Part shown: positions 19,729 through 29,775 of the stretch, one piece after another | Layout: each line of letters begins with the position of its first letter | Numbering within the stretch: the stretch's first letter is position 1 | From: a virus | Lineage: Duplodnaviria > Caudoviricetes | IMG/VR virus record: IMGVR_UViG_3300030055_000003 | Length of the DNA: 64,000 nucleotides | Reading direction: 5' to 3' (one strand) | Notes under the pieces: model-generated | What the model was told of the DNA's origin: nothing | The model's database searches: none | What the model saw: the letters and a program-made list of their open reading frames with translations, nothing else | Program-made: the position numbers and the translations under genes

Positions 19729-20301
19729 ATGTATTTAATTTTAGGAATTATAAGTGTATTTATATTAGTATGTTGGATTGCTTCAGAGTGGATTATACGT
19801 GGCAACTATAAAGATAGTCATGATGTAGTTAAATATAGTATAAACAGACAATTAAAACTTATATCTGATGCAATAGATAAACTTGATGGATTTCAATTTG
19901 AGAGTTTTTGTTGTCATATGTTCAATTTAGGTGGTTTAAATGCAAAAGTAACTCCTCGTACCCGAGATGGAGGAAAAGATATTATAATTAAAGATAAAGA
20001 TGGAATAATGTATGTTGAATGTAAACATTACGCTGAAGGTAATAAGATTTCAACTAACTTTATTCATAAATTGATAAGTGCTTGCGTTGTCGATAGTGTT
20101 AATAGAGCTATATTTATTACTACTTCAAGCTTTAATAAGGATAGTATAGCTTTAATAAAGAAATGTAAGGTAGTTGATATAGATATTTGGTATAAAGATG
20201 ACGTACTTGATTTTTGTAGGAATATTGATAGATTAGAATTATTAGATTGGCTAGGATATGATAGAGATGAGGTATTGAAATATTGTATGATAAGTATTTA
20301 A
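19729..20301 (+). CDS. Mrr-like restriction endonuclease with N-terminal TM anchor
   Basis: LDGFQFESFC..TPRTRDGGKDII..YVECKHY; N-term MYLILGIISVFILVCWI. Confidence 0.8.
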   Translation: MYLILGIISVFILVCWIASEWIIRGNYKDSHDVVKYSINRQLKLISDAIDKLDGFQFESFCCHMFNLGGLNAKVTPRTRDGGKDIIIKDKDGIMYVECKHYAEGNKISTNFIHKLISACVVDSVNRAIFITTSSFNKDSIALIKKCKVVDIDIWYKDDVLDFCRNIDRLELLDWLGYDRDEVLKYCMISI

Positions 20302-20343
20302 TAAATAGGTATTTATCATACAATATTACCTATTTTTTAGTTA

Positions 20344-20560
20344 AAACTAGTAAAAAACCAACTAAAGAGGTGATTTTATTGGAATTTTAATAATTCCTTA
20401 TATGTATATGTTAAATATTACAAACTAGTAGACTTTATTAGTATTCAGTAGTAACTATTAGTAATTCTTATAAATACTAATAGTTATATCGTAATTATAA
20501 GATACTATTATAGTTTCTGATTATATATTATTATTTATTAGCAACTAGTAAATATACTAA
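20344..20560. repeat. Degenerate short repeats upstream of tubR (candidate centromere tubS)
   Basis: AACTAGTA x3 plus TATTAGTA/TACTAATA variants in a 340-bp intergenic gap. Confidence 0.5.
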
Positions 20561-20648
20561 TTAAAAACAATAAACTAAAATAACTTGTAATAGTTTATAA
20601 CAAATGATAATATAATATTATAGAATCTATAAAAGGAGGTTTTTTGCT

Positions 20649-21005
20649 ATGGATAATGATATTGAAATACTTTCAGAATCAGAATATAAAGATAAAACAA
20701 TTAAACCAATAGAAATTGATAAATTTGATATTGAGATTTTATACGTATTATTTGTAAATGATAAAACTACACCATTAGAATCATTTAAAATAAAAGAAAT
20801 AATTCAAAATACTGATTCAGATTTGTCTTACTACACATACGTCACAAGAGTACAAAAGAAAATGATGTCTTTGAATTATATAAAAGAAGGCTATAAAGAT
20901 GGGAATGCAAAATGTTTTTATATAACGGATTTTGGAATTAAATATTTAAAAGACAATATTTTAAATACAGAAAATATATATGGGGAGGAAAATGATAATG
21001 AATAG
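20649..21005 (+). CDS. tubR: Winged-helix DNA-binding protein, TubR-like adaptor
   Basis: wHTH with wing GYKDGNAKCFYITDFGIKYL; directly upstream of and overlapping tubZ. Confidence 0.55.
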   Translation: MDNDIEILSESEYKDKTIKPIEIDKFDIEILYVLFVNDKTTPLESFKIKEIIQNTDSDLSYYTYVTRVQKKMMSLNYIKEGYKDGNAKCFYITDFGIKYLKDNILNTENIYGEENDNE

Positions 21006-22194
21006 AGGAGATATGCTTTTTGTTGGACTAGGGGGAGCTGGAGGTAGATTAGTTGATAATTTAATGGATTATGACGGAATGTATCAAGGATTTTTTATAA
21101 ATACAAGTATAGGAGATATAAAAAGCCTTACAAATTCTACTGAAGAAACCCATAATTATTATTGTATTTCTACTTTAAATGGCGTTGGTAGGAATAGAAA
21201 ATTAGGAAAAGCTTTTGCAGATCAAAGTGGATATAATATGATTGATATACTAACTAAATATCAACAAGAAGTAATATATTTAGTTGCTAGTCTAGGTGGA
21301 GGTAGTGGCAGTTCAATATTAAGTGTTCTTTTAGAAGCTATTGAAGAATTGAAATCAGATGAAGATGGAAGTTTTAATAAAATTATAAACGTTATAGCTA
21401 TATTACCTAGTTTGAATTCTCCAGATGTTATTTTAAATAATGCACTTGAAACATGGGACGAAATTATTGATAATAAAGGTATTAACGGAATAATGTTTAT
21501 TGATAATGGTTCTAATATAATTAAAGCTAAAAATATACCAGAATCTCAAAGAGATACAATAATTAATAGTAATTTCATTGAATTATTTGATTCAATATTT
21601 GATATTCCTGAAAATAATAGCATCAGATTTGATAATGGTAATTTAGGCAATATATTAAGAGATAAGGGGTGTCTATATATTTATGATATTCCAAATGATT
21701 GTACAAGTATAGATATTGCTATGAGTAAATCTGAAGCAAATAGTGTTTTTGCTAAAATGTACAAAGAGGATAATATTGTTACTGAAAGTAATAAACTTAT
21801 CCAAAAAGATAATAGCGAAAACAACTATATAGAATGTGGATATTTAGGTATGTCTTTTTTAAATCAAACATATAATAAAGATTATTTTTATCAAAAATTT
21901 TCATTTAGAGAAGAAGATTACGATGGAGTAAATGCAAATAAAAATTTATTCTTAATAAGCGGATGTAAACCACCAATAAACTCTATGAAACTAATACAAC
22001 ATGAAATAAAAGATAGAAAGAAAAACGGGAATACTCATACTAAGTCAGATAATAATAGTTCATTTAAAATTAATAAAGAAACTAATGAGAATAATAATTA
22101 TACCTCAGAAACTAATGAAAATAATGCTTCAGATGGTAATGCTAATTTAGTAAAGAAAGCTATGAAAAAGAATTTATTTAGAAAGAAAAGATAA
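20980..22194 (+). CDS. tubZ: Tubulin/FtsZ-family partition GTPase TubZ (probable start 20992/20998)
   Basis: VGLGGAGGR, SLGGGSGSS tubulin signature, FDNGNL T7-loop-like; basic C-terminal tail. Confidence 0.88.
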   Translation: MGRKMIMNRGDMLFVGLGGAGGRLVDNLMDYDGMYQGFFINTSIGDIKSLTNSTEETHNYYCISTLNGVGRNRKLGKAFADQSGYNMIDILTKYQQEVIYLVASLGGGSGSSILSVLLEAIEELKSDEDGSFNKIINVIAILPSLNSPDVILNNALETWDEIIDNKGINGIMFIDNGSNIIKAKNIPESQRDTIINSNFIELFDSIFDIPENNSIRFDNGNLGNILRDKGCLYIYDIPNDCTSIDIAMSKSEANSVFAKMYKEDNIVTESNKLIQKDNSENNYIECGYLGMSFLNQTYNKDYFYQKFSFREEDYDGVNANKNLFLISGCKPPINSMKLIQHEIKDRKKNGNTHTKSDNNSSFKINKETNENNNYTSETNENNASDGNANLVKKAMKKNLFRKKR

Positions 22195-22230
22195 TACTAA
22201 AGGGATGAAATACTCCCTTTAGTATTTATA

Positions 22231-23055
22231 ATGTGGAGGATTATATTTATGAACGATAAATCAATTGATGTTCATTTTGAAGATATAAATAAAAAATACT
22301 ACACTATAGATGAAGTTGCAAATATTTTAAATATTGAACAATCTACAATTGCATATTATTTTGAAAAACTAAATGATTTCTTAAATATAACGTCTGTAGG
22401 AATGTATCAATTATTTGATAATACTGATATTGAAAATTTAAAAAAAATAAAAGATTTAGAACAAGTAAATAATATGAGTATGAATGAAATAAGAAAATTT
22501 CTAACTCAAAATAAACAGGAAGTCTTACTTAGAAAAGAATCAAATAATAAGGTAGACCAATCAGTATTAAATATATTTCAAACATTTGCAAATGCTATGA
22601 TAGAACAGAACAATAAGATAGAAAAAATGTATAATACTAATGTTCAGTTAACCGAGACTATAAATATAATATCTAATAATCAAAAAGATATTAAGCAAGA
22701 ATTACAAGAACAAAGAGGAATCCATCAAGAGCTTTTAAAAGAATATAAAGAGAAAACTAATGAGCAGTCTACACAATTAATTTTAATTCAAAAAGAATTA
22801 TCTATTACCAAGGAAGAAAATAAAAAAGTGTCACAAAAATTATATAAACAAGAGAAAAATACACAAACTAATTTTAATAATATCAGCCAAAAAATAGATG
22901 AAGATATAACTTTAGTTAAGAATCTGAGAGAAAAAGCTGAAAATAATAAGGTTAAAGCACAGGAGAAAGAGATTGAAGAATTAAAAAGACAATTAGAGAA
23001 TAAACATCAAGGATTATTTGGAAATATATCAAAAATATTTTACAAAAAGAATTAA
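22231..23055 (+). CDS. tubY: MerR-type HTH + long coiled coil, TubY-like
   Basis: YYTIDEVANILNIEQSTIAYY HTH, coiled coil, amphipathic C-term GLFGNISKIF; follows tubZ as in phage c-st. Confidence 0.75.
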   Translation: MWRIIFMNDKSIDVHFEDINKKYYTIDEVANILNIEQSTIAYYFEKLNDFLNITSVGMYQLFDNTDIENLKKIKDLEQVNNMSMNEIRKFLTQNKQEVLLRKESNNKVDQSVLNIFQTFANAMIEQNNKIEKMYNTNVQLTETINIISNNQKDIKQELQEQRGIHQELLKEYKEKTNEQSTQLILIQKELSITKEENKKVSQKLYKQEKNTQTNFNNISQKIDEDITLVKNLREKAENNKVKAQEKEIEELKRQLENKHQGLFGNISKIFYKKN

Positions 23056-23211
23056 CAACTCAACATAAAGATAATAATGTCGATAAAGGAATTAATTTCT
23101 GATAGCCTAACAGGTCATAAGAACAGAGATATAAGTTTTATAATAATAGTTGTTGTCTTTAAATTTAGATTGTCTATGGACGTCTTAGACGGGTTATATT
23201 TACAAATAGAT

Positions 23212-23796
23212 AAAATGTAGGTTTCTAGGGTGAATAGGTAGCATTTTTCTTCTACGAAAATTAAAATGTAGGAAAGTAGGGTATAATAAAAATTATGATA
23301 TTAGTTTTTGCTTCTAATTCTTAAAAATGTACTTTTCTAGGGTATGAACATTATAATTTAAAAGTAATATCCACCTGTTTTTGTTATAGAATCAGTTTTA
23401 ACCCTACTTCACTACATTTTATAACCTAGTAAGATACATTTTATGACCTACTATTAAACATATTACACCCTACTGTAATACATTTAATTACTCAACAACG
23501 TTACTATAAGCTATTTAAGGCATCACAGTATTATAATAAAAAATAAGTTGTTGTGAACACAACAACAAATATATTTATATTAATAGCTAGATTTAAATGT
23601 ATGATAATAGGGTTAAAAATGTACTACAGTAGGGTATATGATTATTAAAATGTAATCTTCTAGGGTGAAGATGCTTATTTATCACCAAAATTTAATAATA
23701 AATATTGAAATTTTGTAATTTAAACCCATATAATACCCTACTAAAGTACATTTTAATTATCATAAGGTATATAGTAACCCTACAAGACTACATTTT
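23212..23796. repeat. Iteron array (11 copies of AAAATGTA-N6-TAGGGT), plasmid-type origin
   Basis: + copies at 23212, 23263, 23324, 23594, 23616, 23647; - copies at 23401, 23423, 23467, 23735, 23777; immediately upstream of Rep_3. Confidence 0.9.
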
Positions 23797-23860
23797 AATA
23801 ATAAGTTATTGTTTCTATTTAAATAAGATGTTATATTAAATTTATTGAGGTGAAGAATAC

Positions 23861-25111
23861 ATGGGATATCAACAACTTTCTATTTTAGATGATATAGATG
23901 GACTTAAACCACTTAATAATACTAAATACACATATAAATCTCCAAGCCTTATAGCAACTTCTTATGAATTATCTTTTACGCAACAAAGAATAATTGCTTT
24001 AGCTTGTAAAAAGATGCAACCAATTTATATTGAAAAAAGAATGACACCAAATAATCTCACAAAAGTATTGGGTGCTATGCAATTTAGATTAATAGAAATA
24101 TCTGTTTCAGAATTCAAAGATGAATATGATATTGCTGGAAAGGGTATTTATGAGTATTTAAGTAAAGAAGTAGATGATTTATACGAAGCAGGTTTTTATT
24201 ATTATGATGAACATTCTAAATTAAGTAAAAGAAGATGGGTTTCTTCATGTGACTATGATGGGAAAAATGGTGTAATATCAATAACTTTCAATATAGATAT
24301 TTTATTAGATTTGTTGATATTTAAAGGAAAATATGTAGCTTTATTTTTTGATTTATCCCAAGATATTAGAAGTAAATATGCATATAGAATTTATGAAATA
24401 TTAAAAAGCAAAGCTTATCTTGGAATATATAAAATGACTGTTGATGAATTTAAATTTATGCTTGCTATACAGAATAAGTATGATAATTTTGCTGAATTAA
24501 ATAGAAATATTATAAAACCCAATTTAAATATAATTAATAAAATTAGTGATATTGATGTTGTATTTAAACCAATTAGAAGTGGTAGAATAATTACTTTATT
24601 GCAATTTAATATTACTAAAAAAACAAATATTGAATTTTTAGCAGACGATGATTTTAAAAATAAAATTCCATCAGCATTTAAAGAAGTTTCAGATGCTTTA
24701 TTAAAATATAATGTAAAATTATCTTCCAAAGATACTCAAAATTTATTTGATACAGCTATGGAAATAACTAAAGAAAAATATAGAGATACTGATCCGGTAG
24801 CTTATTTGATTGAAAAAATAAAAGTATTAGATAATTATATAAAGAATAATGATGTAATATCTCCAATTGGATTCTTATTGGATGCAATGACAAGAGAATT
24901 TTCAAACAGTAATTCTATATCAAAACAACTAAATAAAAAAGGATTCAATAATTTTGAAGGTAGACCTGAAGCAAAAGATGAAAAACATATGCGATCTGTA
25001 GAACATAGGTTGCTAGGTTGGGATGATAATGAATCAGAAGAAGAAATAGTAGTTGATGTTGAAGATAATAATAGTGTTGCATCAAATTTACTTAAAGAAA
25101 TGCAAAAATAA
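23861..25111 (+). CDS. Rep_3 (RepB-type) plasmid replication initiator
   Basis: LSFTQQRIIA, ISVSEF, RWVS, SKYAYRIYEILKS, FAELNRNIIKP. Confidence 0.88.
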   Translation: MGYQQLSILDDIDGLKPLNNTKYTYKSPSLIATSYELSFTQQRIIALACKKMQPIYIEKRMTPNNLTKVLGAMQFRLIEISVSEFKDEYDIAGKGIYEYLSKEVDDLYEAGFYYYDEHSKLSKRRWVSSCDYDGKNGVISITFNIDILLDLLIFKGKYVALFFDLSQDIRSKYAYRIYEILKSKAYLGIYKMTVDEFKFMLAIQNKYDNFAELNRNIIKPNLNIINKISDIDVVFKPIRSGRIITLLQFNITKKTNIEFLADDDFKNKIPSAFKEVSDALLKYNVKLSSKDTQNLFDTAMEITKEKYRDTDPVAYLIEKIKVLDNYIKNNDVISPIGFLLDAMTREFSNSNSISKQLNKKGFNNFEGRPEAKDEKHMRSVEHRLLGWDDNESEEEIVVDVEDNNSVASNLLKEMQK

Positions 25112-25398
25112 GCCACTATTTGACCTTATATAACATTAAAGGTCAAAGTAGTCACCTAAAAATAGAACGTCTGTGTGGAGCTTATAATGGCATTGTACCC
25201 TATATATAATTATATGTGAGAAGTTATAGTAATATGACTTCTTTTTTCATGTCTAATATTATAAATTTAAAATACAGTAAGTTTATAGTAATTAATAATA
25301 AAAATGTTTTTGACAGAAGTGGTGTTACACAAAAATATATTCGTAAACATTATATATTAATAAATTAATAGAAACACTATTGCAACAATTAGAATATT

Positions 25399-26364
25399 AT
25401 GGTAGGATATAAATTAAGGAAGGAGGGGAGAGTTTTGGATGAAAGTTTTTATAGTAAAATAACAAATGAGTTATTCTATCTAAAAGAAGGTAAGTCAACA
25501 ACAGAAAAAGGTAGTATATTAAACTTATTAAAAGATGATAAAGTAATAATTATATTACATGAGTTATATTCAAATACATCATTCAAAAGAACTTATCAAG
25601 TAAATTTAGATTATTTAATAGAACAATGTCGTTACCAAGTAAATCAAAAATCTAGAAAGAGCTTTGAAATAACATTAAATCAATTAAGAAAAATAAAAAT
25701 AATTAATTTTGATGGAAATTTTAAAGATAAAGTAGTAGTTATAGATACTGAACAATTAATATTGATGTCTTCAAATGAATATTTTCAAATACATAACTTA
25801 GAATTAAAAATATTAAATACAATTAATGATATAAGATTAAGAAATACATTGATTAAATTATATTTTTATTTAAAAGCTAGAACAAAGAAAAGAAGTAGAA
25901 ATAGTAAAACAGGAAAAATATTTAATATTCAAGCTGACCCAACACCACAAGTAACATGGCAAAGCTATGAATATATTGAAAGATACACAAATATAGGGCA
26001 GTCACATATAAAAGAATACATAAATAAATTAAAGGAATTAGGATTAATAGATTATACTAATTGTGGGAAGAAATATCACTCTAATGATAAAAATAAGAAA
26101 TTAAGCGAATGTCCTAATATATATACTATGAGTAATTTAAATCTAGAAGGAAATAAACAAGAATTAGAATTAGGATTAAAACAATGCAAAGATAGTTTAG
26201 AAAAAGATGGATGGATAGTTATAAAAGCAAGTTATAAAAATAACGATAGACAATTGAATGGTAAAAAAGGAGGATTGACCAAAAAATTAAACAATGGAAC
26301 TATAACAGAAGAACAATTAAAAGAACTTGAAACCTTAACAAAAGAAAAAGAACAAGAAGAATAA
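25399..26364 (+). CDS. HTH replication-initiator-like protein, paralog of 8289..9212
   Basis: TWQSYEYIERYTNIGQSHIKEYINKLKELGLI wHTH; similar C-term KKLNNGTITEEQLKEL. Confidence 0.55.
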   Translation: MVGYKLRKEGRVLDESFYSKITNELFYLKEGKSTTEKGSILNLLKDDKVIIILHELYSNTSFKRTYQVNLDYLIEQCRYQVNQKSRKSFEITLNQLRKIKIINFDGNFKDKVVVIDTEQLILMSSNEYFQIHNLELKILNTINDIRLRNTLIKLYFYLKARTKKRSRNSKTGKIFNIQADPTPQVTWQSYEYIERYTNIGQSHIKEYINKLKELGLIDYTNCGKKYHSNDKNKKLSECPNIYTMSNLNLEGNKQELELGLKQCKDSLEKDGWIVIKASYKNNDRQLNGKKGGLTKKLNNGTITEEQLKELETLTKEKEQEE

Positions 26365-26598
26365 ATTCTGTGAAGTTTTAAAACGAACAGAGAGTCTTAT
26401 TCTTCTTTTATTTAAAACTTATTATATATTATTGCACCTACACAAGGTATAGGATATTGATACTCTACGTGTAGCCAAATACTACATTTAAGGTATAGAA
26501 TTTTGAACCCTAAATATTTTACTACAAAATATTTAAAAGTTTGAAAAGTAAATTTTGTATATTAGAAAATACATTTAAACAAATTAATAGAATAATAG

Positions 26599-26627
26599 TT
26601 GACAACATATTAATATTATGGTAAGAT
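26599..26627 (+). promoter_or_regulatory. SigA promoter preceded by the AAATTAATAGAA box
   Basis: TTGACA-17-TAAGAT with TG extension; box at 26581-26592. Confidence 0.7.
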
Positions 26628-26717
26628 AAGTCTTGTAAGGAGGAAATAGAAAATTTAGTAATTTAACACATTTAAATAAATTAATAGAACTAAACGATAT
26701 AAGGAGGATATAAAAAA

Positions 26718-26894
26718 GTGGTATTAGAATTTAAAACAAAGAAAGAAGGGATTTTACAAAAGAAAATAAAGCGATTTGAAGAACTAAAGGTAAAGAATTT
26801 TAGTGATACAATGGATAAGAAAGAAGAAATTGAATTTGATAAATTAGAAGAATGGCTAAAAATACATAATAATACTTATAAAGTAGCGAATTAA
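26718..26894 (+). CDS. 58-aa hypothetical protein
   Basis: AAGGAGG RBS, GTG start, VVLEFKTKKEGILQKKIKRFEELK...KVAN. Confidence 0.6.
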   Translation: MVLEFKTKKEGILQKKIKRFEELKVKNFSDTMDKKEEIEFDKLEEWLKIHNNTYKVAN

Positions 26895-26918
26895 TAAAAA
26901 TAAAAAAGGAGATTAAAA

Positions 26919-27545
26919 ATGAAAAATACTTATATTATAGATTTGGATTCAACAATAATAGATACTTGTAAATCAATAATAAATTTACATAATAAACTGA
27001 ATGATAAAAAGATTAAATATCAAGAAAACTATTCATGGAACTTCTACCCTATGATAAAAACTAAAGAAGAATTGAGTGAATTATTTAAGTTATTTGACCA
27101 TGAAGAGTTTTATGATGATACATTAGTTGTATTTGATAAAGCTATTGAAGTAATAAATGAATTATCTAAAGATAATATTGTAAAAATAGCAACAAAACAT
27201 GACATGTTAAGAAGACCAATAACTCAAAAATGGATAGAAGAAACTTTTCCGAATGTAGAGTTAATATTTTTAGATAGTTTCGACAAATCAAGTGTAGGTA
27301 AATGCAATATATTCATAGATGATAAACTAGAAGCAATTGAAAGTATGGATAGTTTAGCTGATTATAGAATTTGTTATGGAGAATATGACTGGAATAAAGA
27401 CTACAATGATTTAAGAGTAAATGATTGGAGTGAATTATATAAAATGGTTAAAAATATAGAAAATACAAAAGACAGTAATAATAAATTAATAGAATTAAAA
27501 AATAATAATGAAGAAAAGGATGGTATAAAGAGATGGGAATTTTAG
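26919..27545 (+). CDS. 5'(3')-deoxyribonucleotidase, HAD family
   Basis: IIDLDSTIIDT motif I; IFIDD motif IV. Confidence 0.85.
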   Translation: MKNTYIIDLDSTIIDTCKSIINLHNKLNDKKIKYQENYSWNFYPMIKTKEELSELFKLFDHEEFYDDTLVVFDKAIEVINELSKDNIVKIATKHDMLRRPITQKWIEETFPNVELIFLDSFDKSSVGKCNIFIDDKLEAIESMDSLADYRICYGEYDWNKDYNDLRVNDWSELYKMVKNIENTKDSNNKLIELKNNNEEKDGIKRWEF

Positions 27546-27733
27546 AAGGGTTTTTAAACAAAAGAGAAAGAGAAACGATAGAAAGAGATAAAATGAATAG
27601 AATGTATTATAGTGCAGACTATCGTGATGAATGGTGTAAAGGAAATGATTTTTTAAATGAAATACAAACGGAAACACAATTATTTAATGATTCTTACCAT
27701 CTAGAATGGGGCAGAGATAGTTATAATGACTAA
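27533..27733 (+). CDS. Small hypothetical protein
   Basis: 66-aa ORF overlapping the previous stop. Confidence 0.5.
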   Translation: MGILEGFLNKRERETIERDKMNRMYYSADYRDEWCKGNDFLNEIQTETQLFNDSYHLEWGRDSYND

Positions 27734-27979
27734 ATACATATTAAACAGTGGACAAGTAATACATATAGGTTAGAATTGATTTTAGAGTATATATTAGGCT
27801 TGTAGTGAGGTTTTAGAATAATAGTAATACAAGTTGTTGTCTTGAAATTGGACAAGATAGTGAAGCTGATAAATGGATTTAAATGAAATGTTAATAAATT
27901 AATAGAAGAACGAAAGTTTAAAATGCGTGTTTTATTGGGTTTTAGAGTGAGATGAAGATTAAAATTAAGGAGTGAGAGA

Positions 27980-29557
27980 ATGGATAATATAAATATTTGG
28001 TTTGCTAGAAATAAAGATGGAAATATAGTAACCATAGACAAAATTAATGAAGATAATAGATATGAGGAATATAGTTGCCCTATATGTGAAAGTAAACTTA
28101 TTCCAAAGTTAGGTGATATAAACGCCCATCATCTAGCACACAAAGATGTCAGTAAATGTAGTAGGGAAACTCAGATACATTTCTTTGTTAAAAATGAATT
28201 ATTAAAACAAGGAGATAAATTTACTGTAAAATTAGATAATGAAAGTAGAGAATTTGTTTGTAAGGAAATACTAATAGAACAAGAATATAAAACTGAATTT
28301 GGAGTGTATAAGCCTGATATAACAATAATAACTGAGAATAATAAAACTATTTATTTTGAAGTTGCTCATACCAATAAAAAGAAAATAGAAGATTATTTAG
28401 ATATTTGGGTAGAGTTAAATAATATAGTTGTAGAGATTGAAACAAAAGAAATGATTGAAGGTAAAATTATAAAAGAGTTCGAAGCAAAATTTTATGAAGG
28501 AAAATGTTTCAATATTAGACAAGAAGATAAAGACTACTATGAATTAGTAGGTAAAGTAAAGTTAAACAATACTAAATATCCTAAAGAACAAATTGAAAAA
28601 TTAAACTGGCTTTGGAAGGATATTAATAGATATTTACTAGGAGAAGTTGAAATTTCAGAAATTAGTGATTTAATTCAAGTCATTGAAGATAAAGAACTTC
28701 AAGAAATAGTAGTTAATATACTAAGAAAAAATAAATGTACAAGAATTATGAATGAGTATATTAGGTTTAATGTTGACTATATAAAAAATGAATTAAATAT
28801 AGAGATAAATGAAATAATAATAGAAATTCCAAGATTAATTTATGATAGAATTTATGGTAAATATAGTATATGTGGAAATAAAATAGAAGAATATGTTAAT
28901 TTAACTGAAAAAAATTATGATATAAAAAGAATTAAAAGGAATATAAAAAATCAAATCCTTTATATTAAATGCAATGCCTGTATAAATTATATAGAAACAG
29001 AGATTAGGAATTACTTTAAAAACACAAATAATTTTTATTCAATAAACTTATATAATTCAAATAATATAATAAAAGGAAGTATAAATTATAATTGTAATCA
29101 TGTACTCAATTTAGATAATTATTATTATAATGAAAACAATGATTATATAAAAAACAATATAATGGATAAAATAGACAATTATAGAAAATCATTGGACGTA
29201 TTAAAAACAGATAATGTATTAAAGCTTGATTATATGTGTGATAAAATCAGTATAATATTAAAGAAAGTATATGCTATAAAATATACTTATTATACTAAGG
29301 TATCTAGTTGGCATCCGAAAAAACATAATGAAGATCATTATTATAGATTGATAAATAATAAGTGTATTAATGAGGAAAATTACAATGTAAAAATATCAAT
29401 GTTAAATACTGATATAATTATAAACATAACTAATCAAATTATAGATATAAATAATGATGAAAAAATATTAGTTAATAATAAGGATTATGAATATATTCAA
29501 AAAGAAATTATGAATTTTATTTCAGATAAGATAAGAAATGAAAGATATGGGAGGTGA
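27980..29557 (+). CDS. CoiA-like Zn-finger PD-(D/E)xK nuclease domain protein
   Basis: YSCPICESKL..HHLAH..CSRETQIH; EQEY..YKPDITI..YFEVAHTNKK. Confidence 0.7.
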   Translation: MDNINIWFARNKDGNIVTIDKINEDNRYEEYSCPICESKLIPKLGDINAHHLAHKDVSKCSRETQIHFFVKNELLKQGDKFTVKLDNESREFVCKEILIEQEYKTEFGVYKPDITIITENNKTIYFEVAHTNKKKIEDYLDIWVELNNIVVEIETKEMIEGKIIKEFEAKFYEGKCFNIRQEDKDYYELVGKVKLNNTKYPKEQIEKLNWLWKDINRYLLGEVEISEISDLIQVIEDKELQEIVVNILRKNKCTRIMNEYIRFNVDYIKNELNIEINEIIIEIPRLIYDRIYGKYSICGNKIEEYVNLTEKNYDIKRIKRNIKNQILYIKCNACINYIETEIRNYFKNTNNFYSINLYNSNNIIKGSINYNCNHVLNLDNYYYNENNDYIKNNIMDKIDNYRKSLDVLKTDNVLKLDYMCDKISIILKKVYAIKYTYYTKVSSWHPKKHNEDHYYRLINNKCINEENYNVKISMLNTDIIINITNQIIDINNDEKILVNNKDYEYIQKEIMNFISDKIRNERYGR

Positions 29558-29736
29558 TAATAATGAAGATATTTAAAGTATTTAAAAAATCTATAGCTTT
29601 AAAACTCATCTCCCAAGGATACATATTAGAAGATATACAACCACTAAGTTATAAACCTTGGTTTAGTGTATTTCTATTTAAAGATAGCAACGAAATAAGA
29701 AATGATTTTGAAAGAATACAAAAAGAAGAAAAATAA
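29554..29736 (+). CDS. DUF5659-like small protein
   Basis: FKVFKKSIALKLISQGY..VFLFKDSNEI; directly upstream of the RNAP gene. Confidence 0.6.
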   Translation: MIIMKIFKVFKKSIALKLISQGYILEDIQPLSYKPWFSVFLFKDSNEIRNDFERIQKEEK

Positions 29737-29775
29737 ATTAATGCAATCTAATACAAATATCGAAAGGAGAATTTT

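Noticed and set aside
23212-23796. Repeat array as a CRISPR or other guide array
   Set aside because: Mixed orientation, irregular spacing, conserved ends with a variable core, and adjacency to Rep_3 fit iterons; no cas genes.
27726-27882. Possible small gene after 27533..27733
   Set aside because: Multiple stops in all frames; at most a remnant.
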